Below are positions 39,396 through 51,039 of a stretch of DNA of 64,000 nucleotides, one piece after another; position 1 is the first letter of the stretch; every line of letters starts with the position of its first letter. Origin of the DNA: Pseudovirgaria hyperparasitica (taxonomy: Eukaryota); assembly GCA_010093815.1 (NCBI GenBank), contig ML996568.1; one strand, 5' to 3'. The notes below the pieces were generated by a model. It saw only the letters and a list, made by a program, of their open reading frames with translations. It ran no database searches and had not been told where the DNA came from. Position numbers and translations under genes: made by a program.

Positions 39396-42300
39396 ATGGC
39401 AATGTTGGCGGCAAAGTCACCATTTCCAACGTCGTTGGGGAGCTCTTCCACTCAGAGCTCCAACCAGTACACCTCAAATATGAGCAGTTACCGAACACAA
39501 CCTTCGGCCGGTCGTTCGGAGCATGCATTCTTCGCCAGCCCTACCGAGTCCGAATTCTCCGAAACCTATGACGGACCGGATGCTGTAAGGTATGTAGGCC
39601 AGTCGCATAAGACGCCTGGGTCATGCTAATGTCTTTACTTAGGCACTGGGACGAAGACAAGGTTGCAGATTGGCTGCGGAGTATCAACTGTGGACATTAT
39701 GTCGACCTATTCAAGAGTACGTACGGGCGGTGATGCTAACATTGCTCCTTTCTAACACGTTCACCAGAAAACAACATAAACGGCGAGGTTCTCATGGAAA
39801 TGGACCAAGCATCACTCAAGGATATGGGCATAAGAAAGATTGGAGACCGCGTCAGGATAGGTTCGCAAGCCAAGCTTTTCCGTAATCGCGAGTATAAGAA
39901 AGCCTCGAAGAAGAACCTGAATCGACGGTCACTCGCCAGTCTCGACAACCCATCATACACACCGCCCTCGTCGGGCTCCCCCCGTCCGCTCTACTCTGCT
40001 CGCTCAATCCCAAGCCAGGGTAAATCAGACAAGAGGATGTCCCGCCAGCTTACTGGTGGTGAACTCAACTACGCGTCTTCCCTCACACTTACTGGAAAGT
40101 CTATCTCGCGCCCAGGTTCACCTCTAGTCGACCAAGAGAATCGTGGCCTTCGGTCATTGAGACAGGGCACCATGAATAGCCCCAAGGATGGTGGCCGTAA
40201 GGATGCGACTTCCTATTTCAGCCATCCTCCGAGCGCTTCGTCTGGCAGAACACCCGGCACCGACACTCCGCAGACTGCACGCTTTGGATCTCAACCTCGA
40301 ACAGCCACTTCTGTCAATACGCCGCAAACTGCTCGCTTTGCTAGCCATGTCCGGTCCAGCCCCAGCGTGGATACGTCTGTCACCAACAGTAGTATTCTTC
40401 CAGCCGACAAGCCTCTTATACGAGTAATCTTCGACAATGGGCGCATCTCTGTCTTTAGCGTTGATGGCTGCAAGACTGCCGACGAAATCATCTTGAAGAC
40501 TCTGAAGAAAGGCAATCTAAACGAAACACACATTAAGAACTATTGCATGTGGGTCCTAGATGGAGTAGACCCAAATCCAGCAAAGTGTCGCCGCTTGACT
40601 GAGTCTGATCTTGTTCGAGTGTGTCATGATCGGCTTCGCATGGAAAGAGGGAGACTCATCTTGCGCAAACTCCACGCAGGAGAGCCGGAAGACGAGCAGC
40701 TCAAGACTGCAGCAAGTATTGCAGCCCAACAACAACAGGTACAAAGGGAGAACATCCGAGACAACATTGTCATCCCGTCCAGCAATCGAAGCCAGCTAAA
40801 GATCGAGAAGATTACCGGAGAGTCGTTGGCGGCTGTCAGCTATCCACTATCTCCTACATCTGCTCGCGAGCGGGAGCGGCATATTAACTCCACCGCACAG
40901 GATCTAGAGCGAGCAGATAGTATCGCATCCACCACAAGTGCCAAGGCAAGGAAGCTGAAAAGATTTTACGGTGCCAGGCCTCCAAGTGAACTGATCACTT
41001 CTGATCTCACATCATACTTTCCAGATGTCGAAAAGGAAGAGATCGACAAGACTATTCGCATGTCCGTTCGCCGCTCGAGAAGGATAAGTCGAGCGACGAG
41101 TCGGCTCAGTACGGCCAGCAATTTCAGTGTGGCATCGAGCTTGAGGGATGCGCCACCTCTACCGTCCATCGCCGACCAGTGGTTCCAGAACTCTGGCCAG
41201 GCACGACCTGTTCGTCCGCTCTCGGTCATGCGGCTTGGTCTTCCATCACAAGGAGGCTACAGAGATTCAGTGGCCTCGTCGGTGCTTGAGCCTCTTGAAG
41301 AAGAGTCGCCTCTAGAACCGAGTCGCAAATCATATGTCTCTTTCGGGGACGACAATGCAGACCGCCTGTCTATCACTGATCCTGATGGCAATACTATGCC
41401 TGCAAGCTACTTTGATGATGCTGGCAGCAGTATTGCTGGCAGTAGTAGCCATGGTACCGAAGCTGGTGACTCGTTGAACAAGAGACTTAGTGAAGCCATC
41501 CGCGATGATGAGGATGAATCCGACGAGGAACTGACAGACTACCTGGAGCAAGACTCTTGGGAGAACGTCAAGTACATGAAAGGAGCATTGATTGGACAAG
41601 GCTCTTTCGGCAGCGTATATCTAGCGCTGCATGCAGTCACTGGAGAACTCATGGCGGTCAAACAGGTCGAGATGCCTTCGTCCTCCGGCACCTCCCAGCT
41701 TGACCAGAGAAAAACAAACATGGTCGAGGCGCTCAAGCATGAAATCGGTCTTCTCCGAGATCTCAAGCACCCAAACATTGTGCAATATCTTGGATCGAAT
41801 TCTGTAGAGTCGCATCTGAATATTTTCTTGGAATACGTCCCTGGTGGTTCCGTTGCATCGATGCTTGTCAATTATGGACCGCTTGGAGAAGGTCTCATTG
41901 GAACATTTGTCCGACAAATCCTCACAGGTCTTGCCTATCTTCACAGCAAGGACATTATCCACCGCGATATCAAGGGAGCTAATATCCTTGTCGACAACAA
42001 AGGCAGTGTCAAGATCTCAGACTTCGGGATCTCGAAGCGCGTTGAGGCCTCGACGTTGCTGACCCCAGGCGGCGGAAAGAAAGGCAACCCTCGCGTCTCT
42101 CTGCAGGGCTCTGTGTTTTGGATGGCCCCAGAAGTCGTACGACAGACGGCATACACTCGCAAAGCAGACATTTGGTCTCTCGGCTGTCTCATCGTAGAGA
42201 TGTTCACTGGCAGTCACCCTCACCCAAACTGTACTCAGTTGCAGGCCATCTTCAAGATTGGAGGTAGCGGAGACGCCAGCCCGACAGTACCTGATAATGC

Positions 42301-42409
42301 TGGTGAGGATGCTAGGGCTTTCTTGCAGAAGACATTCGAGATCGACCACGAGAAGAGACCAACTGCGGACGAGCTATTGCTCAGCCCATTCTGCAATCCT
42401 AAAGCATGA
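39396..42409 (+). CDS. STE11: MAP kinase kinase kinase Ste11 (SAM, Ras-association and kinase domains); introns ~39590-39642, ~39717-39767
   Basis: SAM domain WDEDKVADWL...LKDMGIRKIGDRVRI; RPPSELI; GALIGQGSFGSV, MAVKQV, HRDIKGAN, DFG, SLQGSVFWMAPE. Confidence 0.96.
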
Positions 42410-43244
42410 TTATATGAAGGGACAGTCGTCACGAGAGAGTTTGATGGTTCATAATGTTATCGGAGAGGTCTCATTAGCCGGCGTTTTGTGATTTGGAGGG
42501 AATACCTTAGATTTGCTTGCACACTGAGCGCCTTACTGTACACGTTCTTACGACCGCACGAGAAAGGAACCTTGATGCCAAACGAAGAAGACCAGAGAGG
42601 GTCTAAGATGAGATGTTAGATATTTGAGATGTCTAATGGAATGTTTGAGAAAGCTTGCTGGTACAAGTGGTTGTATTGATTAACAGATGAAACCTTCAGC
42701 ACCACCAACCACCCTTTACTTTCTTAGGCTTAATCCCATCTGTTCCTTGCAGTCTGTCGGCACTTGTTCAAAATCAATACTAACAGTGGCTTTTTGCACG
42801 CGCGCTGCCCCGCAATTTGGCGTGGCTGGGACCCACGTTTTCACCCCCGCATTGAGGAGTTGTTTACAGGCGATTGCCGTTGCCGATTTCCGTCCCACTG
42901 TTTCGCGGGTCGCTTTGTCTTGTTCAGTTCCAAGGACTGGACTCGCTTGTTGGCATGGAGTGAAAGGTCGGGAACCGTTCCTTTTGCTACCTAGGTGCCT
43001 AGGTTGATGATGTATTACTGCAGAGAATGCTTCGCTTAGCGTAGAGATTGACAGAGCGTGCACGCGTCTACTTAATTGAAGGCAACGGGCTTCATTATCT
43101 GACCTTCTAACTACCGAATTTGCTCCCATTTCACTTCTATTCTGACACCGTCATCTCGCCTTTTCTGTTGATTCCCACTTCCAATCTGAAGGTTTCTTTC
43201 GATCTTCCACTTTTCAACCCTCAAACCAACAGAACTCTTGCCTC

Positions 43245-44870
43245 ATGGCTGAAGTCGAGATCCCAAAGACCCACAAAGCTTGCGTGTATGATAAGCCAGG
43301 TTCCATCTCAGCTGTAGTGCAGGATGTCGAGACGCCAACGCCAGGCGCGGGAGAGGTGCTCATCAAACTGTATGTTGCGAAGCTGACGTCACATGGAAAA
43401 ACCTCTAATTGTTTTCGTATCTAGAACACATTCCGGCGTCTGCCATTCCGATTTGGGTGTCATGACGAACACGTATGTCAGACCACTTCCTAATTAGATC
43501 GACTCGAGATACTGACCAGAAGGGTCTAGTTGGGTGTCATTGCCGTACCCTACGCAGCCTGGACAGATTGGGGGCCACGAGGGCGTGAGTAATAATGAAT
43601 ACTATTGGTAAAGAATTTCTGGGGATTTTGATGGACTAATCGGAGGTTTAGGTTGGTACAGTGGTCGCGATGGGACCCGGAACAGAACTCTCCGCGATCA
43701 AGGTCGGCCAGCGGGTAGGCATCAAATGGATCAGTGCGACCTGTGGGTCATGCTGTACGTAAATGCTCCGATTTGTTCTGGGTACCAAGTTCTGACGTAT
43801 GCTCTTACTATATAGTTCCTTGTCTTGAGGGCCATGATGGTGTTTGCTTCAACCAGGTTGGTGACTCTGTGGAGAATGGGATTGACAGTGCTGATGAAGG
43901 GATAGAAAGTCAGTGGATACTACACCCCTGGAACCTTTCAGCAGTATGCAATTGGACCTGCGAACTATGTCACTCCTATTCCAGACGGTGAGATTGAACT
44001 GATTGCGTGATTAGGGTGGTCTGACTGACGACATAAGGTCTTGATTCTGCTGATGCAGCCCCTATGCTTTGTGCGGGAGTGTGAGTCTAGATGTACGTAC
44101 TTGGAGAATTTATTGCTGACACTACTCAAGAACAAGCTACTCAGCACTCCGCAAGAGCGGTGCTTTGAGCGGACAGTTTGTGGTACTCCTTGGTGCAGGG
44201 TAAGATACGGATACTTCTACTTGAAAGACACGATAGCATATCTGACATGATATAGTGGTGGTCTCGGCCATCTTGCAGCTCAACTCTCCTCTAAAGGCAT
44301 GGCGCACAGAGTCATCGGCGTAGACTCCAAGTCCAAGAAAGATCTCGTCCTCAGCTCCGGGGCAGAGCACTTCATAGCTCTCGAAGATACTCCAGATATC
44401 CCCGAAGCCGTCAAGAAACTTACAGGTGGTCTTGGAGCCCATGCTGTTCTCGTTCTCACTGCTGCCAATCCGGCTTATGCTTCTGCCGTTGATATGCTCC
44501 GTTTCGGTGGTCGCTTGGTGTGTGTCGGTATTCCTGAGGGTGAACCAGTACCTATCAAGGGCGCTCTGCCTCAGATTCTGGTTGCAAAGGCACTGAGCAT
44601 TGTTGGTGTTGCAGTTGGAGATCGCAAGGAGGCCATTGAGTGTTTGGACCTTGCCGTAAGTCTCCTGTACTGGGGAGTGAAATTTGCTAACACTTCTCAG
44701 GCCCGAGGCATTGTGAAGGTACACTATAGGACTGAGAAGATGGACAAGTTGACTGAAGTAAGTTTCCACATTTCTCGGGAACATAAAGATACGAACTAAA
44801 CCGCTTTTAGGTCTTCGAGCAGATGCACAAGGGCGAACTTCAAGGTCGTGTCGTGCTCGATCTCTCGTAA
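43245..44870 (+). CDS. Zn-dependent alcohol dehydrogenase (MDR family); 10 introns
   Basis: Spliced motifs: THSGVCHSD, GGHEGVG, VGIKW..C..C..C..C, PGTFQQY, AAPMLCAGV, GAGGGLG, GRVVLDL. Largely invisible to the ORF track. Confidence 0.9.
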
Positions 44871-45339
44871 GCATTTCCAGCACCAATGCGTGACTGTGGG
44901 TGGGCGTTTGGAGCGGCATTAGAGGGGCTGGTCATCAAGTTGTAAACACCCTGACATATAATCCTGGCGTGTTGCCTTTGTTTCTTCGTTTCACTTGACT
45001 GCGTGACGTTGTGCGTGAACCATCCCCTATGATAAATAGGCTGTGGAATTCCAAGATTAGGTTCGTTGCTCAGGCAAAGACCGGGAGAGTGGTAAGCCGA
45101 GGAAATTGCTTGTATACATAGTTAAGGCAACTACGTCCGAGCGTCCGGGTGAACAAATTGTACTTCTACAGCTCTCCCTCTCTCTCTAGGTATCTTTCTT
45201 TCATCCCACGTCTTTCCTTTGCCAACCTCCGAGCTTTGCTCAGTTTGCACATAACGCTCGCTATCAACCATCCTCAAGCCAATCTATCATAGCACATAAG
45301 GCTTCCCCTGCGAAGACATCTCTTGGCAAATCGACCAAG

Positions 45340-46600
45340 ATGCCCAATTCCAACATGCAAAGGCTCGCTGTGCGAAATGCTGGATATGCTTCGTCAGTAT
45401 TTATTCGCTGGTTCCTGTTCCAGCTAACATGATTAGTGGCAGCAACAGCGGTGGAGGTCGAGGTCGTTCCTTCGGTGGATATAACAGCGGTCCCAATAAC
45501 GGACTTCCTTCAAAGTTAGTCTGAACTGATTGTATTAGCCAGGGCTGACTGACTTTCCTATTAGGATCAAGTGTTATAAATGTAACAAGCCCAAGACTGT
45601 CACCGCTTTCTCCACCAAGTCAGTCAACTTGACATTTTCCTCAAGTAGCTTCCGCTTAATGTTTCTAGGCAGCGTGAGAACGCCCAGTCTTCTGTTCGCT
45701 GTGGTCGTCCGATCCAGATCGCGTGCGTCGAGTGTAACCAACAGACCGTTGTGGAGATCACCTGCATCGAATGCAAGGTTACCAAGTCGGTGCCCGAATT
45801 CTCCAAGGCACAGGCCAAGGAGACTGATACTGCCGTAAGTTATAGATCCAAGAGTCAAGGCTAATTCCGCTTACCATCAATCTAGCGGTGCTTTAAATGT
45901 GTTGAGGAGCGCACCACGATGGAAGCCCAGAAGTCGGATTCCGACGATGATGATGCGGCATATTCCGCTGACGACGATGATGATGATGCTACATCTTTCT
46001 TCCTGAGCAGCATCCCTTCACAAACCGTTAGTTAACAACCCATGTTCCTAGTTTCTACTCTGATTGATCATAGGGACGTGCTACATCAAATAATGGCAGT
46101 GGTGTTGCTGTTGGCCCTGTTTCGAGCCCTTCAGTCTCCTCGTATGACGATACCCGTGATGGATTCATGCCCTATAAGACAAAGTCGTACATCTCAGGTC
46201 AGACCGCTGGCAAAAGTCACAACCGTGTACCAATGCACAACTGGGCTCCAGGCCGTGCGCAGGAAGCATCTCGATCCACCCCATCAATCGCCACAGGTGT
46301 TAGTTTGCTTACCCAGTCGGGCTTCAATCCTCGCGGTTATGGTCATCCAGGTTCTAGTACTGCACCTTCTGTCTCAGGCTCCGAGTGGGGATCTACCAAT
46401 ACGGAGCGCAACAGTACACGCAACGTCACTGGCGCAAAGCACAGAGCGTTCGCCAAGGTCAAAGCCTATGTAAGTACCAGAGACAAAATTCGGAATTCAG
46501 CTTCTGACCCAGCCAGAAACCACCCAAGAAGGAGGAACTGAACGATCCTTCGGACAATGGTACCTCCGACTCCGGAGAGTCCTATGATTCTGATATCTAA
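45340..46600 (+). CDS. Stc1-domain (tandem CxxC zinc-binding) protein; about 6 introns
   Basis: IKCYKCNKPK..AFS; IACVEC...EITCIECKVTKSVPEFSKAQ...RCFKCV; acidic tract; FAKVKAY near the C-terminus. Confidence 0.7.
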
Positions 46601-47309
46601 GGTTGAAGAGAAATAATGCAATGGCCTATCGTAGAGTGGAGCCAATCTAGAGCTTATCTTGGATTGAGGACGGATCGGGCACATTGGCATGGAAGATAGG
46701 CTGGAAGCGAGCAGATGTTGCATAACGAATGCATGCACGCTTAGACGGCCATGATACCAAGGAGTGGTCCAGAGAGTCTTTCATAGTCTTGGTCAAATTG
46801 TTACGTTGCTTATCGGTAGAAGAAGAGAGCTTGCAAAGGCTATTGGAATCTTCAATGCTTGTGATTCTATCGACAAATGATGAAATTGTCTGCGAAAGGA
46901 TAGCGAATCAAAATCTTGACGTCGTCTATAGCTAGCCAATGCGAAGAACGCTCTGATCTCGTGGAAACTTTGTGACCGTGAAACCTTTTCGAAGTCAGGT
47001 AGCTCCGCACAATGGTTGTTCGTTGAGTGAGAATCTCGTGTGAAGAACAGTGTGAAAAGTGATGCAGAGTGTTAGTATGCTGGCTGCAATGATGAAAACA
47101 TGAAAACGGAGGTCGTCAGTTGTCGTTCGAAGCTCGCACTAAAGTCTTGGCACTCATGGATGGATGGATGACGTTCAGCCGAGGCACGCGAGCGCGAGCT
47201 TCGGCGGCGATCCACCCATACAATAAAGCTACCATCATCAGATCTGCTCTTCCAAGCGCACCCATACCACCAAACACCACCTCCACCACCATAGCACCCG
47301 TTATACACC

Positions 47310-48685
47310 ATGCCAGAACCCAAGAAGCCCTCGATACCCTCGTGGCAACTCCTGCACAAGAAAGACTCGCCCTCCTCCCCGGAACCTAGCACCGAAGATC
47401 CTACAAGCACAAGCACGACAACCACCGCGATAGATTCGGAGACTGGCGTGGATACTACCTCCTCCTCCTCCTCCGATGCCAATGCAAATGCCGATACTGA
47501 TACCAGTGCTGATGTCGAGCAAGTCCCATCGCTGGAGGCGGCGGAGAAGCTGCTTCGGGATGAGGGGAGCTTAAGAGATGCGTCTGTGGAGGAGAAGCGC
47601 GGGTTTCTGCAATCCAAGGGTGTGAAGAAGGGGGATGTTGCGAGGGTGCTGGGTGGAGAGGATGGAGGAGAGGAGGTGCAGGTGGAGGGGAAGGTTGTGT
47701 TGGATACGTCGTTGGAGGTGAGTTTGATGTTCTGAGGGTTGTGCACTCGCTGATGGTAAGATAGGGATCTACGTTGCAGCCTCGCTCACAGTCTGCGACG
47801 ACGACATCTACATTACAGCCTTCAGTCCCGCAAGCTCCAGTCTCGCAGCCGCAATTGCCAGCCGCCCCTCCAATCGTCACATACCCCGAATTCCTCACCC
47901 AACCCACCGACAAAGCCCCCCTCGTCACCGTCTCCCGCCTCGTGAACACCACATATATCGCCGGCGGCATCGCCGCCACCATCTACGGTCTCTCAAAATT
48001 CCTCGTCACACCCATGGTCGACAGCCTCACAGTCGCGCGCCACGACTTCGCATCCAACACCCAGACACGCCTCAACGAGCTGAACGAGAAGCTCGCCGGC
48101 ATGGTCTCTGTCGACCCAGCAAGCAAGAGACCGCGGTCCGTGATATCAGAAGCAACAACACCAGCAACCGACTCCGACGACGCCGAAAGCATAGACTCCG
48201 ATCCCACGGAGCTCTACCACCGCGACTACGGCACGCAAACAAGCCCACACATCAGCCGCCGACCAAGCACAACCCACGAGGAGGACCACGCGTCCACAGA
48301 CATCGACACTCCTCCCCCACCAGCATCCGCCGCCGAGAAAGTCCCCACAGGCCACAGCGCCCGCCTAAAGATCATGACCTCACACATGCGCGATCTCCAG
48401 ACGGCCAGCGAGACAAACGACAGGACGGCAGACAGCCTGAAGAAGGAGCTGCGCGCGCTCGACGACTATCTGACCGCGATGCGCTTTCAGACACCGCGCT
48501 CGGCGTACGACTCGGATTTTGCGAATGTGTATCATGCGAGTCGGGGGCTGGGTGTTGGTGGTGGTGGTGGTGCGAGTGAGAGGGACTCGAAGGAGGATGC
48601 GGTGGAGGATGTGCGGGCGAGTATTCGGGGTGTTAAGGGGGTGTTGCTGGCGGCGAGGAATTTTCCGGCGGGGTTGCGGAAGTGA
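47310..48685 (+). CDS. PEX14/17: Peroxisomal membrane protein Pex14/17 (Pex33); intron 47718-47764
   Basis: IPSWQ; Pex14_N-like LRDASVEEKRGFLQSKGV; PPIVTYPEFL; SDPTELYHRDYGTQTS; IRGVKGVLLAARNFP. Confidence 0.85.
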
Positions 48686-48760
48686 ATATGACCCCTGCGT
48701 TTCACTACTACTCGGCTGGATGTGGGTTTTGTGGTGTGGTGTGGGGCTATCCTCGGTGTA

Positions 48761-48791
<31 letters not shown>

Positions 48792-49920
48792 GGGTATCCA
48801 AAGGTATTCGAACATGAAGCGTTTGACCTTCGTATGAGAATGGTCTGAATGGCGGAGCTCGTATGGCCGTTCTTCTTTCGGCTCCATTGGAATATGAATT
48901 TAAGGGGCGGGTGGACATGTGCAGTGTGGAAGCACGAGCGATGACAATACTTGGATTTGCACTAAGCTTTCAAATCAGCAATGACATCGACTATGTGTCA
49001 GCCAGCCATGGCATATGGTTGGTTATGTGCCAATCTCATGTAGTCAGAGCTCATGTTGTCTCTGAGGCACTTACACAGGGTCGAGTCTGGGCACTGGGAG
49101 CAGTACATAAACAATGTCGTCTCCCTATCGTTCAAGTATTATGAGCTTTGTACATGCCACACCGACCCTACGATGATCTGTCGCTCTTCTAAGAAAACAC
49201 CAGGCCTGGGCCGCGACAGTACTACTGTTGGGCGACCCCGCGGCGAAGAGTCCACTACCGGGGCAAATGAGCGTCCAGGAGACCTGATCGGTACATGGGC
49301 AAATGGACTGAAAGTCTCAGGGGGGAGTTCAAGAGGAATGTACTCTTTGTCTGGAGCGCTATGGAAATAATTCGAAGACTTTGCGGACGTATTTCCACTC
49401 AGACTGCATGCTGGAGGGAAATCTGCCAAAACTATACAGCTAACAGTACTAGTAAGATGCAGGGGCTTGAACCATATCGAACAATCATCGCGGGCAGAGA
49501 TCTGTCTACTTCGTAGTGAAAGAATCCGCATTGGGCTACCTGACAAAAATCAGAAACCTCAGCATAGGACGCGATTGGGGATATGAAACCGTATGATCTC
49601 AAGGGGTAGTTGCATAGAGGTCGGTGAAAATGAATCTCGACTTTGAAGCTGATCGCCTAGGGTGGGATAGCTCTTGAATTGAAAAAGAATAGAGAGTGGG
49701 GAAGGTATGCATGTTGTTCCTCAGCCCAGCATCTATAGACCATCTCGAGAAGTCCCACACCGAATCGCGGTGCTTACGCTCGACATTCACTTGACAAGCC
49801 TCCGTGGTTTTGAAAGAGCTAAAGCTCTAGCATCGGAGAGGACCGAACATCGGGCGCCAAGCTTTCCCATCCATGTAACTATGGATAGGCACTACGCGCG
49901 ACGCTTGGCCGGTCGCGGGT

Positions 49921-50870
49921 TCATGTCCTTGTATACACTGCGTCGCGGTCGACCTGCTGCCAAACCAACGTTAGGGAGCTTCCTCTGGGGCGACCTCGTC
50001 GCTTGGCTGGTGGTTTACTGACGTCAACGTCTTGGTCATCGTTCTGGTCGACTTGCGGCATCTTATCGGCGGCTGGTGCGCTTGTCGGTTCGTGGAAAGC
50101 TACGGCGGCCTCCCCTTGTGCGTTATTTGAGTCGTCTTCTGGGAGAACCAGCTTTACGACCTTTTTGCAAGTCTTGCAATACAGAGGTCCATTTGGGAGT
50201 AGTTCGGTTAGACAAGGTTCGCACCATTCGTGCCCACAGGTGGCCATAGTAGCGTCCAGAGATGGGCATATACAATCCGAATCTGTGCAATCTCAATCTG
50301 GGCCAAAATTTTAATAGAGAATACAAGCTCAATCCACGCCTCAAAATGATTGCCAAGACGGTATAATCTCAATCCGATTGGTTAGATTAATTGTATTAGA
50401 TTAAATAAAGTAGGATATATACCTATATATAGCCGCGGGCCCTATCTTAGGCCATATTTAGGCATTATTTCTGCCTAAGGCTACTATATTAGAGCCTAAG
50501 GCTAAAGTATAGGCCTTAGGCAGAAATAATGCCTAAATATGGCCTAAGATAGGGCCCGCGGCTATACATAGGTATATACCCTACTTTATTTAATCTAATA
50601 CAATCAATCTCAATCCCTTAGTATAGATTCTAAGCTTAATCCGTACTTTTAGAGTGACTAATCATACAATCCTAATCTAGGACCTTGGATTGTATCCGAT
50701 TGTATATGCTCACGTCTGGTAGCGTCCTCGAGCCCAAAACCACAATGTCGACAGATGTCTTGGTGGTATTTTACCATCTGTTGTAGTACTGACTCCTTAG
50801 CATAGAGCTTGCACTTGGCGTCATGGGTCCGATTCGGGCACTCCCATACAGTGTATTGGTCATAAAGCAT
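49921..50870 (-). pseudogene. RING-HC (C3HC4) finger gene interrupted by a transposon insertion (possibly rescued by splicing)
   Basis: Removing 50257-50718 and one TSD copy joins two ORFs into DICRHCGFGLEDATMATCGHEWCEPCLTELLPNGPLYCKTC; the C-terminus has an AT-hook-like KRRGRPR. Confidence 0.8.
50257..50718. mobile_element. Non-autonomous hAT-like DNA transposon (MITE), 462 bp
   Basis: 8-bp TSD GTAGCGTC at 50249-50256 and 50719-50726. Imperfect TIRs CAGAGATGGGCATATACAATC and (rc) CAGACGTGAGCATATACAATC. Subterminal CAATC repeats. Internal inverted repeat 50385-50480 / 50514-50609. Confidence 0.9.
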
Positions 50871-51039
50871 GCCATTTTCTATGTACGTGTACGGTCGGTT
50901 GTATATATACACCCGACCGGTGCGTAGCTACTGCCTACATTAATTATACATGTTGTTTGCTACTGCCGTAGCCGTAACACCCACCAGCACCAGCATTACC
51001 AGCACGAGCACGTGCACGCGTATCATCAGCACGAGTAGG

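Noticed and set aside
42687..43129. Overlapping ORFs between STE11 and ADH
   Set aside because: No domain signal; probably promoter sequence.
22078..46600. Heterochromatin gene cluster (Clr5 and Stc1 domains)
   Set aside because: The genes are over 20 kb apart with unrelated genes between, and both domains are widespread in Pezizomycotina.
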